From NCBI GenBank assembly GCA_038523235.1, contig JBCBJQ010000047.1, positions 1 to 42,620 on the forward strand: a DNA stretch of 42,620 nt, read 5' to 3'. The notes under the pieces were generated by a model, which saw only the letters and a program-made list of their open reading frames with translations, ran no database searches and had not been told where the DNA came from. This DNA comes from Cyanobacteria bacterium J06626_4 (lineage in GTDB: Bacteria; Cyanobacteriota; Cyanobacteriia; Phormidesmidales; Phormidesmidaceae). Position numbers and translations under genes: made by a program. Every line of letters begins with the position of its first letter. The first letter of the stretch is position 1. Shown here in pieces: positions 20,419-31,605 of the stretch.

Positions 20419-20709
20419 CCTGAGTTCGGGATAAGCTCCTGATTGCATCAGGCTCGTCCATAACCAGGAAAATTCCCCTCTTGGGAGGGGTTAGGGGTGA
20501 GTTATACCAGTTCTGCAAAATAGCGCTACAGATCGGCGATCCCCCGCTGTCGCTGCCCCCTTGTCGAAGGGGGCTACACACTTTTTGGGATGTGTAGTCT
20601 AAATTCAGCGAATTGGTATTACACACAGCAGAAAACCCACCCCGTCCTACGGACACCCCTCCGATGGAGGGGAAGATACTGCTCAGTTACTTAACCCGAA
20701 TTGACGTAG
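20416..20709. mobile_element. non-autonomous MITE-like element (outer) with internal GC-rich hairpins
   Basis: Imperfect TIRs TAACCTGAGTTCGGGATAAG and CTTAACCCGAATTGACGTAG (14/20 match). Internal inverted motifs TTCCCCTCTTGGGAGGGG and CCCCTCCGATGGAGGGGAA. Confidence 0.55.
20504..20619. mobile_element. second MITE-like element nested in the first
   Basis: Imperfect 30-bp TIRs ATACCAGTTC...CTACAGAT and ATGTGTAG...GAATTGGTAT (19/30 match), TA dinucleotides at the ends, central CCCCCTT-GTCG-AAGGGGG hairpin. Confidence 0.55.
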
Positions 20710-20948
20710 CCTCGGAAGGCTTCCTAGCAAAATATACCGCTAATGTCAGAGCCGGTTTAGCGAGAAATCTTGATGCCATAGTGATCAAGCATCCACAAAA
20801 GCCGCCCTACGGGTATCGTTGCAGCTAGCGACATGCCACCTCATCCACGACTCGCAGTCAGTGCCACAGCAGCCGGTTCACCCTCTTGTATATCAATCGA
20901 TTTGTCACTGCCAAAAGGCATCGAGCATGAGCCGCTAGCCGCCCTTCA

Positions 20949-21491
20949 TTAGGCGCGCCTCGGTTGCCACACAAATTTGCCGTCGCGCCAAAGGGCCGCC
21001 AGCAGACCGATCGCAAATTTGGTGACAACTTCGCCAAACAGCAGAGACACCATCTCGGTAGTTGACAGCACGCCTGCAAACGCTACCAGCGTAAACAGCA
21101 GCGTATCTAAAGGAATCGAGACCGCATTGCTCCCCGCTACCCGCACCAGCCAGGGAAAGCGCAGCAGCCGCTGATAAATCTCAGTATCGGCCGTCTCGGC
21201 CAGCACAATCGCTAAAAAGCTGGCGGCAATGATACGCAGCGGTACTGCCAGGGTCACACTCATCAATACGTTGGCCAGCGCCGCCACCGCGATGGTGCCA
21301 TAGACCCACCGCCGCCCGGCACTGTGCAAGCGATCGCGCTGGGTAAAGGTGAAGCCAAAGATAAAGGTGCCGACCGCCACCTGCCCAAAAATGGGAAATG
21401 GAATAAACCAGGCGGCGGTGTAGTTAGCCCCTAAGGTGGCCAGCACATAAAGGGTGGCGTTGAACAAATAGGGTGAGCGCAGACGCAACAA
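20949..21491 (-). CDS. VUT family (YhhQ-like, putative queuosine-precursor/vitamin uptake) transporter
   Basis: Multi-TM; AN...GTFIFGFTFTQRD, RIIAAS...ETADTEIYQRL, RVAGSNAVSIPLDTLLF...AFAG; TTG start after AGGAG. Confidence 0.82.
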   Translation of the reverse strand: MLRLRSPYLFNATLYVLATLGANYTAAWFIPFPIFGQVAVGTFIFGFTFTQRDRLHSAGRRWVYGTIAVAALANVLMSVTLAVPLRIIAASFLAIVLAETADTEIYQRLLRFPWLVRVAGSNAVSIPLDTLLFTLVAFAGVLSTTEMVSLLFGEVVTKFAIGLLAALWRDGKFVWQPRRA

Positions 21492-21591
21492 GATGACATC
21501 TCCTGAAAAGCTGTTTTTTATTCTAAGGGGCCACCCTCACCGTTGCCTCCTGGACTGCCGCAGATCTGCAGAGGCTGTTGATATCTCTGAG

Positions 21592-22698
21592 TCAGCCCTG
21601 GGTGCCAATCCGAGTCTGGTTTTTGTGATTGACCAAGGCGATCGCCAATTCAATCGCCGCTTCCATACTGGCTGACCGGGCGATGCCTTGACCCGCAATA
21701 TCAAAGGCAGTGCCATGATCGGGCGAGGTGCGCACAAAGGGCAGGCCGATGGTCGTATTCACCGCCCGATCAAAGGCGAGCAGCTTAATCGGAATCAAGC
21801 CCTGGTCGTGGTATAGGGCCAGATAAGCGTCGTAAGGGCTCGCTGCCGCGTCCTCATACCAAGCCTGACCGGCACTCACCCACACCGTATCGGGTGGCAC
21901 CGGTCCCGTCAGTTTGACCTGAGGATAGGTCTGCTGGGCCGTTTTTAACCAGGGGATCAGCCAGTCTCGTTCTTCAGTGCCCAGTTTCCCCGCTTCGCCG
22001 CTGTGAGGGTTCAGACCGGCTATGGCGATATGGGGTGACGCCACGCCAAAGTCTCGTCGCAGGCTATCGACCAAGAGGGCCAGCTTGCGTGACATCAGAG
22101 CGGGGGTCAGTGTCGTTGGAACCTGGTTCAAAGGAATGTGAGTTGTGGCCAGCAGACTGCGTAGTGGCCAGCCGGTGTGGGGCGATCGCGCCGCAAACAT
22201 CATGCCAAATTGATCAACGCCAGCGCGGCCTGCCAAAACCTCGGTCTGCCCCGGATAGACATGCCCCGCTGCGTGCCAAACCGCTTTGGCAATCGGGGCG
22301 GTCACCACCGCGTCAAACTCACCGGCTAATGCCCCAGTGATCGCCCGATTGAGCCAGGCAAAGCTGGCCTGCCCGGTAACGACGCTCGGTTCCCCCAGCA
22401 CGATGTCAGCGAGTCCGGCGATCGGTGCATCAGTACCCAGCAAGGTGAATGGGTTCAAGTCAAAGCTATCGAGTCCCGCCCGACCCAGTTGCTTGAGACT
22501 CGCTTGCAATAACGCTTGATCCCCAACCAGCGTGATCTGAGCGGCGGCTCGAAGGGGTGAATTACCCAGAGCTTTGATCACCACTTCGGGGCCGATGCCA
22601 GCCGGGTCGCCCAGGGGGATCGCAAGCCTGGGGAGTGTTTCAGCATCTGGTTGGGATGGGATCAGCGGATCGATATCAAGGGTAGAAAACCTATTCAT
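21592..22698 (-). CDS. pdxA: 4-hydroxythreonine-4-phosphate dehydrogenase
   Basis: [56 protein letters not shown]. Confidence 0.97.
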   Translation of the reverse strand: MNRFSTLDIDPLIPSQPDAETLPRLAIPLGDPAGIGPEVVIKALGNSPLRAAAQITLVGDQALLQASLKQLGRAGLDSFDLNPFTLLGTDAPIAGLADIVLGEPSVVTGQASFAWLNRAITGALAGEFDAVVTAPIAKAVWHAAGHVYPGQTEVLAGRAGVDQFGMMFAARSPHTGWPLRSLLATTHIPLNQVPTTLTPALMSRKLALLVDSLRRDFGVASPHIAIAGLNPHSGEAGKLGTEERDWLIPWLKTAQQTYPQVKLTGPVPPDTVWVSAGQAWYEDAAASPYDAYLALYHDQGLIPIKLLAFDRAVNTTIGLPFVRTSPDHGTAFDIAGQGIARSASMEAAIELAIALVNHKNQTRIGTQG

Positions 22699-22865
22699 AA
22701 AGAATCTCTGAGGTAGTTTAGAATGTGGTCACTCTGGAATTGTTCGGCAGATCAGACACGGCATGGGAGTGAACAAAAATGTATTTTGTTGCGATCGTGC
22801 CCGCTGGCTAAATCAATTGTTACGATAATTTTAAGAATCATTCACAGTTTAGGGTTTCAACCGTC

Positions 22866-24029
22866 ATGGGCCGTGTAGGGGTATTGCTGTTGAACTTAGG
22901 TGGGCCAGAGCAGCTAGAGGATGTTCGTCCTTTTCTGTTCAATTTGTTTGCTGATCCTGAGATCATTCGTTTGCCGGTGTCTTGGTTGCAAAAGCCTTTA
23001 GCCTGGTTGATTTCTAACAGTCGGGCCAAACAGTCTCAACAAAATTACAGCCAGATTGGTGGCGGCTCTCCCCTCCGGCGCATCACTGAGCAGCAAGCCG
23101 ATGCCCTGAAGCATAGCCTAGAGGCAGCGGGTCAGCCGACCGAAATGTACATCGGCATGCGTTACTGGTACCCCTTTACCGAAGAGGCGATCGCCCGCAT
23201 CAAGCGCGATGGCATTGAGGAATTGGTCGTGCTGCCCCTCTATCCGCAATATTCCATCAGCACGAGTGGCTCTAGCTTTCGCTTGTTGCAAAAGCTCTGG
23301 AAAGAAGACCCCTCTCTAGAGCGGATTCGCTACACGGTGATTCCGTCTTGGTATGCGCGACCGGGCTATGTCAGAGCCATGGCCGATTTGATTACCCAAG
23401 AACTCGATCAGCTGCCCGATCCCAATGCCGGGCACGTTTTCTTTAGCGCCCACGGCGTGCCGGTGAGCTATGTCGAAGAGGTCGGCGACCCCTACCAGCG
23501 CGAAATCGAGCACTGCGTTGAGCTAATTATGCAAGCGTTGGGTCGCCCCAATGCTCATACGCTGGCCTACCAAAGCCGCGTTGGCCCGGTGGAATGGCTA
23601 CAGCCCTATACCGAAGAGGCGATCGCCGAACTCGCAGATCAGGGCGTCGATAATTTAGTCGTGGTGCCTATTAGTTTTGTGTCAGAGCATATCGAAACGC
23701 TGCAAGAAATCGATATGGAATATCGAGAAATTGCCGAAGAAGCTGGCATCGAGACGTTTCGCCGCGTGCCCGCCTTGAACACGCACCCTGGTTTCATCGA
23801 TGATATGGCCGCCATGGTGATGGAAAGCCTGGAAGCCCCACGTCGCCTCTTTTCTGACGTGGTGGAACCCGATAAGAAGGTCAAGATTTATCCCCAAGAG
23901 AAATCCGCCTGGGGCCTCACGCCTGTTGCCGAAGTCTGGAACGGCCGCCTCGCCATGGTCGGATTTTTGGCGCTAATTGTGGAATTGATGAGTGGTCATG
24001 GACCGCTGCATCTGGTGGGTCTGCTATAG
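22866..24029 (+). CDS. hemH: ferrochelatase with C-terminal CAB domain
   Basis: [42 protein letters not shown]-terminal [12 protein letters not shown]. Confidence 0.98.
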   Translation: MGRVGVLLLNLGGPEQLEDVRPFLFNLFADPEIIRLPVSWLQKPLAWLISNSRAKQSQQNYSQIGGGSPLRRITEQQADALKHSLEAAGQPTEMYIGMRYWYPFTEEAIARIKRDGIEELVVLPLYPQYSISTSGSSFRLLQKLWKEDPSLERIRYTVIPSWYARPGYVRAMADLITQELDQLPDPNAGHVFFSAHGVPVSYVEEVGDPYQREIEHCVELIMQALGRPNAHTLAYQSRVGPVEWLQPYTEEAIAELADQGVDNLVVVPISFVSEHIETLQEIDMEYREIAEEAGIETFRRVPALNTHPGFIDDMAAMVMESLEAPRRLFSDVVEPDKKVKIYPQEKSAWGLTPVAEVWNGRLAMVGFLALIVELMSGHGPLHLVGLL

Positions 24030-24147
24030 GTTTGTCAATTACTTCTGGTGTCAGTAACCTGCGGGCTGACCGAAAAATAGCCAGGAGCAGTATCTGAAAA
24101 CGGCTGATCAACGGGAACATAAGACCGAACCGCTATCTGGCTTGTCT

Positions 24148-24519
24148 ATGATCGATCAAATCCGACATAACGCAGAACTGGTTCGATCGGTCGCCCGTGA
24201 CCAACTGAGCGTCGATGTTGATTTTGATCGGGCAGCGGTTGAATGGCTTGACGGCTTCGTGAATCGCCAACATGAACAAGGCGATCCAAACAACGTCAAT
24301 AACCTCGTCAACACACTGGGAGCATTCTTTGGTGAATGTATTTTGCACACGTATGGTGGGGAATGGTTCCAAGATGACTCTGGATGGTGCGTCCGATTCG
24401 ACGAAAAGAACGCAGCGTATCCATTTGCCAAACTTAAAAAGCATCTCCTGAACGGATCAGAAGATTCAGTGTTGAGCATGTTCGACACAATTCCCGTCGT
24501 CTTCAAACAGTTGGGCTAG
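24148..24519 (+). CDS. hypothetical protein (DUF3806-like/immunity-like, tentative)
   Basis: Compact ORF with LGAFFGECILHTYGGEW and YPFAKLKK motifs; composition differs from its neighbours. Confidence 0.7.
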   Translation: MIDQIRHNAELVRSVARDQLSVDVDFDRAAVEWLDGFVNRQHEQGDPNNVNNLVNTLGAFFGECILHTYGGEWFQDDSGWCVRFDEKNAAYPFAKLKKHLLNGSEDSVLSMFDTIPVVFKQLG

Positions 24520-24696
24520 TAACAAACGGGTGAACCTGGGCCGGAAAAGCCAATCTATTCAGACTAATCCTCCTTCGCAAGATGCGATCAGCCGTCATCA
24601 AAACCTTATAATGCAAATATTTTAACGGTGTTGATACTCCATCGCATTAGGTGGAATGATTCTTTCTAATAATTTCTTGGTCGCCTAGAAAACAAC

Positions 24697-24957
24697 ATGC
24701 CGCAAAAATTTTCAGAAACTGGAATCATCGTTCTAGGTGATTACTATGAGTCATGTTCATTTCATCCATGTATATGTATTGAGATAGATGAGACTGGTAG
24801 AAATATAGAAGGAATCTCACTCGTCGATGGCGGCCTTCAGTCATGTAGTGTAATTCATTGTGGCCTAAGGAAACTAACTCTTGAAGAAGCTATAACTTGG
24901 AAAAAAGATGGCCCTAAAGAAATCGGTGATATTCAAATTGAAGATAAATGGTGGTGA
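24697..24957 (+). CDS. small AT-rich Cys/His-rich hypothetical protein
   Basis: YYESCSFHPCIC...CSVIHCG; visibly lower GC than the flanking host genes. Confidence 0.65.
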   Translation: MPQKFSETGIIVLGDYYESCSFHPCICIEIDETGRNIEGISLVDGGLQSCSVIHCGLRKLTLEEAITWKKDGPKEIGDIQIEDKWW

Positions 24958-25242
24958 CTATGGCCAACAAACTGTTGGAGTCGGCAAGTAAGTAACTGAT
25001 GCGATCGCCTATTTCAAGAAACTCTTGAGTGGCGACACGCAATATTTAACACTCAAGTTTTAACTCGCCTGTTGTTGCGAAACGACGAACTGCAGGAGTT
25101 GGCTTTGGTACGTCACATGATAGACCAAAGCCAAATACGAGAATCAAAGCCGAATTCTGCCTTCGGAATTCCACCCAGGCGACACCTTCTCATTTTGTGA
25201 AGCCGATGGATTTTCTGTGGTGATCCGCATGCTAGACTCACC

Positions 25243-25328
25243 CACAAGCTAGGGGTGTCCGATCGCATCGGACTGAGATCATACCCTCAGAACCTGACCT
25301 GGTTAATACCAGCGGAGGGAAGCGTTGA
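25243..25328 (+). ncRNA. TPP riboswitch aptamer
   Basis: GCTAGGGGTGTCC...GGACTGAGATCATACCCTCAGAACCTGACCTGGTTAATACCAGCGGAGGGAAGC fits the THI-box consensus; upstream of a transporter and thiC. Confidence 0.95.
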
Positions 25329-25547
25329 TTGCGGTTACGAAACCAAAGCGACGAGCCATCGATGAATTCGGAATTGCGAATTCGGAATGCGGAAACGCCA
25401 TACCAGGCTCCGCATTCCAAACTTCGGGTTCTACCGATTCTTCAAACGGCTCACTCGCGGCGTAAATTCCATCCCCTTCATCCCCTCATCGGCTGCCTTG
25501 GTCAGCACCGCTAGCGGTTTGTTCAAAACTCGCAAGAGGTTTTGTCT

Positions 25548-27050
25548 ATGACTCTTGGTGCAACCGCATTGATCGTGACGCTAGTCACCATCGCCGCGTT
25601 TGCGGGGGTGGGGTTACTGCAGGCCAGCCGCCAGCCCACCACCTTAGAAGACTACATGGTGAGCCGTAACCGCATCGGCACGGGGGCAGCACTGGCAACC
25701 ATTGTGGCGTCGGCGATGGGCGCTTGGATTTTGTTCAGTCCGCCAGAGGTCGGGGCCACGAGCGGCATTGCTGGCATTGCCGGCTACTGCATTGGGCAAG
25801 CAACGCCCGCCGTTTTGTTGGCCTTTATGGGCACGCGCATTCGGTTTTTAATGCCGCGCGGTCATTCGCTCAACGAGTACGTGCTGCATCGCTTTGGCAA
25901 TGCGATGTATGTGCTGACCCTCGGCATCATTGTGTTTTACATGTTTGTGTATTTGACGGCGGAGCTGACGGCGATCGCCAAAGCCGTCGAACTAATGGCC
26001 GGGGTCCCGCTCTGGCTCACGGCGGTGCTGGTGATCACAGCGGTTTTTGTTTACACCACAGCGGGCGGGCTCGCAGCCACCATCTTCACCGACACAATTC
26101 AGTTTGCAGTGATTGTGCCGCTCTTGTTACTCAGCTTTGCGATCTCGCTGGTGGGGCTCGGCGGCTGGAACACCGCCGTGCAGCCCGTCGCCCAGGCGGC
26201 TCCAGAATTACTGACGCTGGCCCATGGCCCTGGCATCAAGTTTGGGGCCACATTGGTGATTGCGGTGATTGCCGCCGAAATGTTTAACCAGGCTAACTGG
26301 CAACGCATCTATGCCTGCAAAAACGATGTCGTGATGCGGCGATCGTTCCTCGGCTCTTTTCTGTTGATTGTGCCGCTGTTATTCATCTCGGGCCTGCTCG
26401 GCATTCTGGCCATGCACTTTGGCTTTAGCGACGATCGCGCCTTTTTCTCGCTGATTCAAGCTTTGGGGCTACCGGGTTGGGTCAGCATTGCGGTGTTGGT
26501 GCTCGTGTTGGCATTGGTGATGAGTAGCTTAGATACCCTGCTCAACGGCATCGCCAGCGTCTTTACCACCGACCTGCTGCGGCTCTTTCCCACCATGCAA
26601 TCCAGCGGCATTCTGCAGGCTTCTCGTCTGTTGACCGTGGCCGTGGGCATTCCCGTGGTCTTGATTGCGGCTCAGGGCTACAACGTGCTGTACCTGTTTT
26701 TGCTCGCCGATTTGGTGTGTGCCGGAGCCTTGTTTCCCGTGCTGTTTGGCCTCTACTCTCGCCGGTTAACAGGCGCGATCGCTTTCTGGAGTTCGCTGCT
26801 GGGCATTGGGGCCGGAGCGCTCTTTTTCCCTCGACCGGATTTCAGCCCGTGGAACAGCTTGCCCTATGCCGGTGACCTGCTGGTGAGCTTTGCCCTACCG
26901 ATTATCGTGTCTTTTTTGGTCTCGATGGTCTGGATTCAACTCAAGGCTCAACAGGGGCAAACCGAGGTGTTTGACTTCCAGCGGCTAGATACCGAAATCC
27001 GCGCCTATGGCGCAGCGGAACCGCTAGCGCCCGCCAAACTGTCGCAATAG
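25548..27050 (+). CDS. sodium:solute symporter family protein, probable thiamine-precursor transporter (ThiV-like)
   Basis: About 13 hydrophobic segments; SSS motifs YTTAGGLAATIFTDTIQ, QANWQRIYA, MSSLDTLLN; directly under the TPP riboswitch. Confidence 0.88.
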   Translation: MTLGATALIVTLVTIAAFAGVGLLQASRQPTTLEDYMVSRNRIGTGAALATIVASAMGAWILFSPPEVGATSGIAGIAGYCIGQATPAVLLAFMGTRIRFLMPRGHSLNEYVLHRFGNAMYVLTLGIIVFYMFVYLTAELTAIAKAVELMAGVPLWLTAVLVITAVFVYTTAGGLAATIFTDTIQFAVIVPLLLLSFAISLVGLGGWNTAVQPVAQAAPELLTLAHGPGIKFGATLVIAVIAAEMFNQANWQRIYACKNDVVMRRSFLGSFLLIVPLLFISGLLGILAMHFGFSDDRAFFSLIQALGLPGWVSIAVLVLVLALVMSSLDTLLNGIASVFTTDLLRLFPTMQSSGILQASRLLTVAVGIPVVLIAAQGYNVLYLFLLADLVCAGALFPVLFGLYSRRLTGAIAFWSSLLGIGAGALFFPRPDFSPWNSLPYAGDLLVSFALPIIVSFLVSMVWIQLKAQQGQTEVFDFQRLDTEIRAYGAAEPLAPAKLSQ

Positions 27051-27076
27051 CGTTGACTTCCCCAGGCAAAAGGTAA

Positions 27077-28552
<1,476 letters not shown>

Positions 28553-28589
28553 CCTCGGCCCTGGCAGCAGCAGCGCAGTGAACCAACTT

Positions 28590-28624
28590 CCCCCTGCTTC
28601 CTGGCAACGCGAGGAAGCAGGGGG
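28590..28624. terminator. stem-loop between convergent thiC and Hsp70-family genes
   Basis: Perfect 13-bp stem CCCCCTGCTTCCT/AGGAAGCAGGGGG with a 9-nt loop. Confidence 0.6.
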
Positions 28625-28721
28625 TGGGTGCGGAGCAATCGCTTTTGTCGCCTTGCACCTGATCCCTGAAACCCTCCTGTGGCTAGATGTTTAAGCCTGG
28701 TGAATACCCCCATACCCCCTG

Positions 28722-30320
28722 CTAGCTCAGCTGCACGACAGGCTGGTTGGTGAGCAGGGTATCGCCAGTGAGGATGTCCTCAACAGTAAGGCGGAGCGTA
28801 CGATCTCGATCAACCTCAAACAGCACGCGAATGCGATCGCTGCCGGGCACGCCCAGCGGTGCTAGTTGGGCGATCGTGCGGCCGCTGCCAGTGTCGTTTA
28901 ATGGCTGCACTTGTTGTGCGGCCCGAGCCGACTGGCGGGTGATCAGGCGATCGCCTTCAAAAAAAACTTCTGTAGTGGTGAGATCCGCTTCGTTGCCAAG
29001 TTCACCGATCACCAGCTCGATGCTGGGCTGATTGTCGGTCGAAGCACCTAGCACAATTTCCACCGGCTCAGCCGACGGATAGGGTTGCCCCGAGCGGATA
29101 ATCGGCTGCCAACTGTGGCGGCGATGGCGGCGATCCCAATAGCGAATGCCGTAGCTGTGGTAAAGAAAGTCGGTGAGTTCGATACCCTGCTGCACCTGCA
29201 GCGCCCCCTCCGCTACGGCGGTAAAGGGGCGATCGCTACGAATTTTTTCGGTGGCAAAGTGACTAGTGAGCCAGCTCTGCACAGCGGGAATTTGCGCCGT
29301 CCCCCCCACCAGCAGCACAGCATCGATATCGACCAGGCTGAGTCCCTGCCGCCGCATCTGCTGAAAAATTTGCTCTAAACAGCCTTCTAATCGATCAAAA
29401 AACTGGTTGTTTTTCAAAATGTCTTCAAACGTGGCGCGATCGAGCTTCAGCGTTAAGCTTTCCAGCGTTTCGTCATCAAAAAAGCTCTCAGTCGCCTGCG
29501 TTTTGTCCGACAGTTGAATCTTGAGCCGCTCGACCAACCGTTGGGTTAACGGACTGAGGGGAACTTTCTGCTGCCGGTGAAAATAATCGGCCAGCCAGTT
29601 ATCGATATCGGCCCCGCCCAGATTTTCGCCTGCTTTAGCCAACACCTTGGCCCGCTGCGGTGTTTGTGCCGAAGAGTTAGCCAGGGGCTGATTGCCCCAG
29701 CGCAAAATAAAGCCGAGTGGCTTACGATTAGGGGCGATCGCCAGATCCACCAGCGAAAAATCCAGAGTGCCGCCACCAAAGTCAACGACCAGCACCGTTT
29801 CAGCTTGACGAATGCCATAACCTAGCGCCGCAGCGGTGGGCTCATCCAACAGGCGCATCTCAGGCAGAGCCAGCGTCGCCCCGGTCTCGCTGAGCCAGTG
29901 ACGATAAACCTCAAAACTATCCACCGGCACGGTGAACACCACGGAATCCACCGCTTCGCCCGACGCCTTGATCGCCCGCAGCACATCGGCTAAAAACCAG
30001 CTGCCAATTTGCTCAAAGGAAAGGGCACAACCATCCAGCTCGGGCAAAAACCCTTGAATCGCTGTGCCAATCCCTCGTTTGAAATTGCGATAGAACCGAT
30101 TGTCAGTGCTGACGTCAAGGCCGCTGTCACGCACTGGCTGACCGGCTTGAATCATGCCCTTAGCCGCATTTTCGACATAGACCAGCGACGGCACCAAGGG
30201 CGGATTTTTGCCGAGCTGCTGTGCCAACGGCGGGAGCGCGATCGCTTCGGGCGCTTGGGTGGCACTGTTCCAGCGGGTGATGACGGTGTTACTGGTACCA
30301 AAGTCGATAGCAAGGGTCAT
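28722..30320 (-). CDS. Hsp70 family protein (atypical DnaK-like)
   Basis: LAIDFGTSNT, LLDEPTAAALGY, VVDFGGGTLD, LGGADID, VLLVGGTAQIP; short C-terminal domain. Confidence 0.92.
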   Translation of the reverse strand: MTLAIDFGTSNTVITRWNSATQAPEAIALPPLAQQLGKNPPLVPSLVYVENAAKGMIQAGQPVRDSGLDVSTDNRFYRNFKRGIGTAIQGFLPELDGCALSFEQIGSWFLADVLRAIKASGEAVDSVVFTVPVDSFEVYRHWLSETGATLALPEMRLLDEPTAAALGYGIRQAETVLVVDFGGGTLDFSLVDLAIAPNRKPLGFILRWGNQPLANSSAQTPQRAKVLAKAGENLGGADIDNWLADYFHRQQKVPLSPLTQRLVERLKIQLSDKTQATESFFDDETLESLTLKLDRATFEDILKNNQFFDRLEGCLEQIFQQMRRQGLSLVDIDAVLLVGGTAQIPAVQSWLTSHFATEKIRSDRPFTAVAEGALQVQQGIELTDFLYHSYGIRYWDRRHRRHSWQPIIRSGQPYPSAEPVEIVLGASTDNQPSIELVIGELGNEADLTTTEVFFEGDRLITRQSARAAQQVQPLNDTGSGRTIAQLAPLGVPGSDRIRVLFEVDRDRTLRLTVEDILTGDTLLTNQPVVQLS

Positions 30321-30462
30321 AGCGGGCGATCGCTCACAAAATAGCCTGATGAAAGCAAGTTGCTTAAACGTAGCGCCTCGATCACGAGTGCCTGGCGTTG
30401 CCAAACCCTGTCCGAAGGTACCGCTGCGAGACCTTCATTAACGCATCTCGACCGGACGGGGA

Positions 30463-31296
30463 TCAAGGGGCCGGAGGCGGCGTGACACTGAGAATGCGAT
30501 CGCAAAAAAATAGCGTCCCCGCCGCGACACAGAGCGGAATGGCTAGCAGATTCATCAGGGGAATGCTAAAGAGCCCCAGACACACCAGCGCAAAACTGCC
30601 ACTTGCTGGGAGCGCCCGAAACACGATGCCCAGCTTTTGCCGAAACTTGAGACGTCGTCGTTCTAACGGCGCATCAAACATATCCAGGCAAACTAACAAC
30701 GATGCCAGGGTAATGCCCCCAATGGTGGCTACCAGCGTGCCCACGCCCGGAATCAAGTTGCCGAGCAGCAGGGGTAACCCAATTGCCGCCAGCAATAGCA
30801 ACTTCTTGAGTTCAAACATGAGGGCGCGCCAGATATCGATCACCATCGCTCCGGCCCCCATCGACGGCGGCGCGTCGAGCTTGCCCGCCTGCAAAATCTC
30901 AATCTTTTCCGACAGCTGACCATAAAACGGTGAGCCCAAAATGCCGCCAAACTGCAGCAGCACCAAGCCTAACACCACCAGCAAGATCACCACCAAGCCG
31001 CCCTGAATCACCGGGCTGAGGAGTTCGATTACAGTATCGAGCCAGGCCGGGCCTACCCAGTTGATGAGCTGTTGAGTCCAGCGATCGACGAGCTTGAGGC
31101 TGCTCCAAATGCCGAGTGAATACAGCACTCCCCCCAGCAGAATATTGATCACCAGCGGCCCGATGACGTAAGGCCACAGCGACTTGTGCTTTTGAAACAA
31201 GCGCAAGGCCCGGAGCGGATAGCTAAAGCCCAGCAAGAGTCCCGGCAGCCCTCCCCCTCGGGGGCTGAGCCGTTTGCTCGCGTCGAGTTTCGTCAT
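30463..31296 (-). CDS. EI24/CysZ-like membrane protein
   Basis: GFSYPLRAL...LWPYVIGPLVIN, GSPFYGQLSEKIE, LDMFDAPLERR, IPLMNLLAIP. Confidence 0.85.
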   Translation of the reverse strand: MTKLDASKRLSPRGGGLPGLLLGFSYPLRALRLFQKHKSLWPYVIGPLVINILLGGVLYSLGIWSSLKLVDRWTQQLINWVGPAWLDTVIELLSPVIQGGLVVILLVVLGLVLLQFGGILGSPFYGQLSEKIEILQAGKLDAPPSMGAGAMVIDIWRALMFELKKLLLLAAIGLPLLLGNLIPGVGTLVATIGGITLASLLVCLDMFDAPLERRRLKFRQKLGIVFRALPASGSFALVCLGLFSIPLMNLLAIPLCVAAGTLFFCDRILSVTPPPAP

Positions 31297-31419
31297 AGAA
31301 AGCGGTACTGACAACTCTATTCATCTTGCCGCGAGTTGGCGCGTTTGACGGGGTTAATCATCCGGATTTCGGTGGGGTTTCCCGAAGAAGGGACTATGTC
31401 GACTTTGGCCAACGACTCT

Positions 31420-31605
31420 ATGAAAGTATTTGTCATGAGCACGCTGACTTGTGCGATCGCCGTTGTCTTGGGCGTTCCTGCCACAGCGGCGATCGCTCCC
31501 GATACCGCTGCTGCTGAGCAGCTTGAGCAACCTGAACTGCTCAGCAGCAACTATATCTATCGGCGCTATACCGGGGGCACTGGCCGCCGCGAAATTTTGT
31601 CTTAA
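31420..31605 (+). CDS. small secreted peptide, PatX-like (C-terminal GGTGRRE variant of RG[S/T]GR)
   Basis: Signal peptide MKVFVMSTLTCAIAVVLGVPATA, linker, YRRYTGGTGRREILS*; TCCGGA at 31361-31366 upstream. Confidence 0.6.
   Translation: MKVFVMSTLTCAIAVVLGVPATAAIAPDTAAAEQLEQPELLSSNYIYRRYTGGTGRREILS

Noticed and set aside
22815..22840. HLR1/RpaB site upstream of hemH (GTTACGAT...TTTAAGAA)
   Set aside because: Both half-sites are degenerate and the spacing is doubtful.
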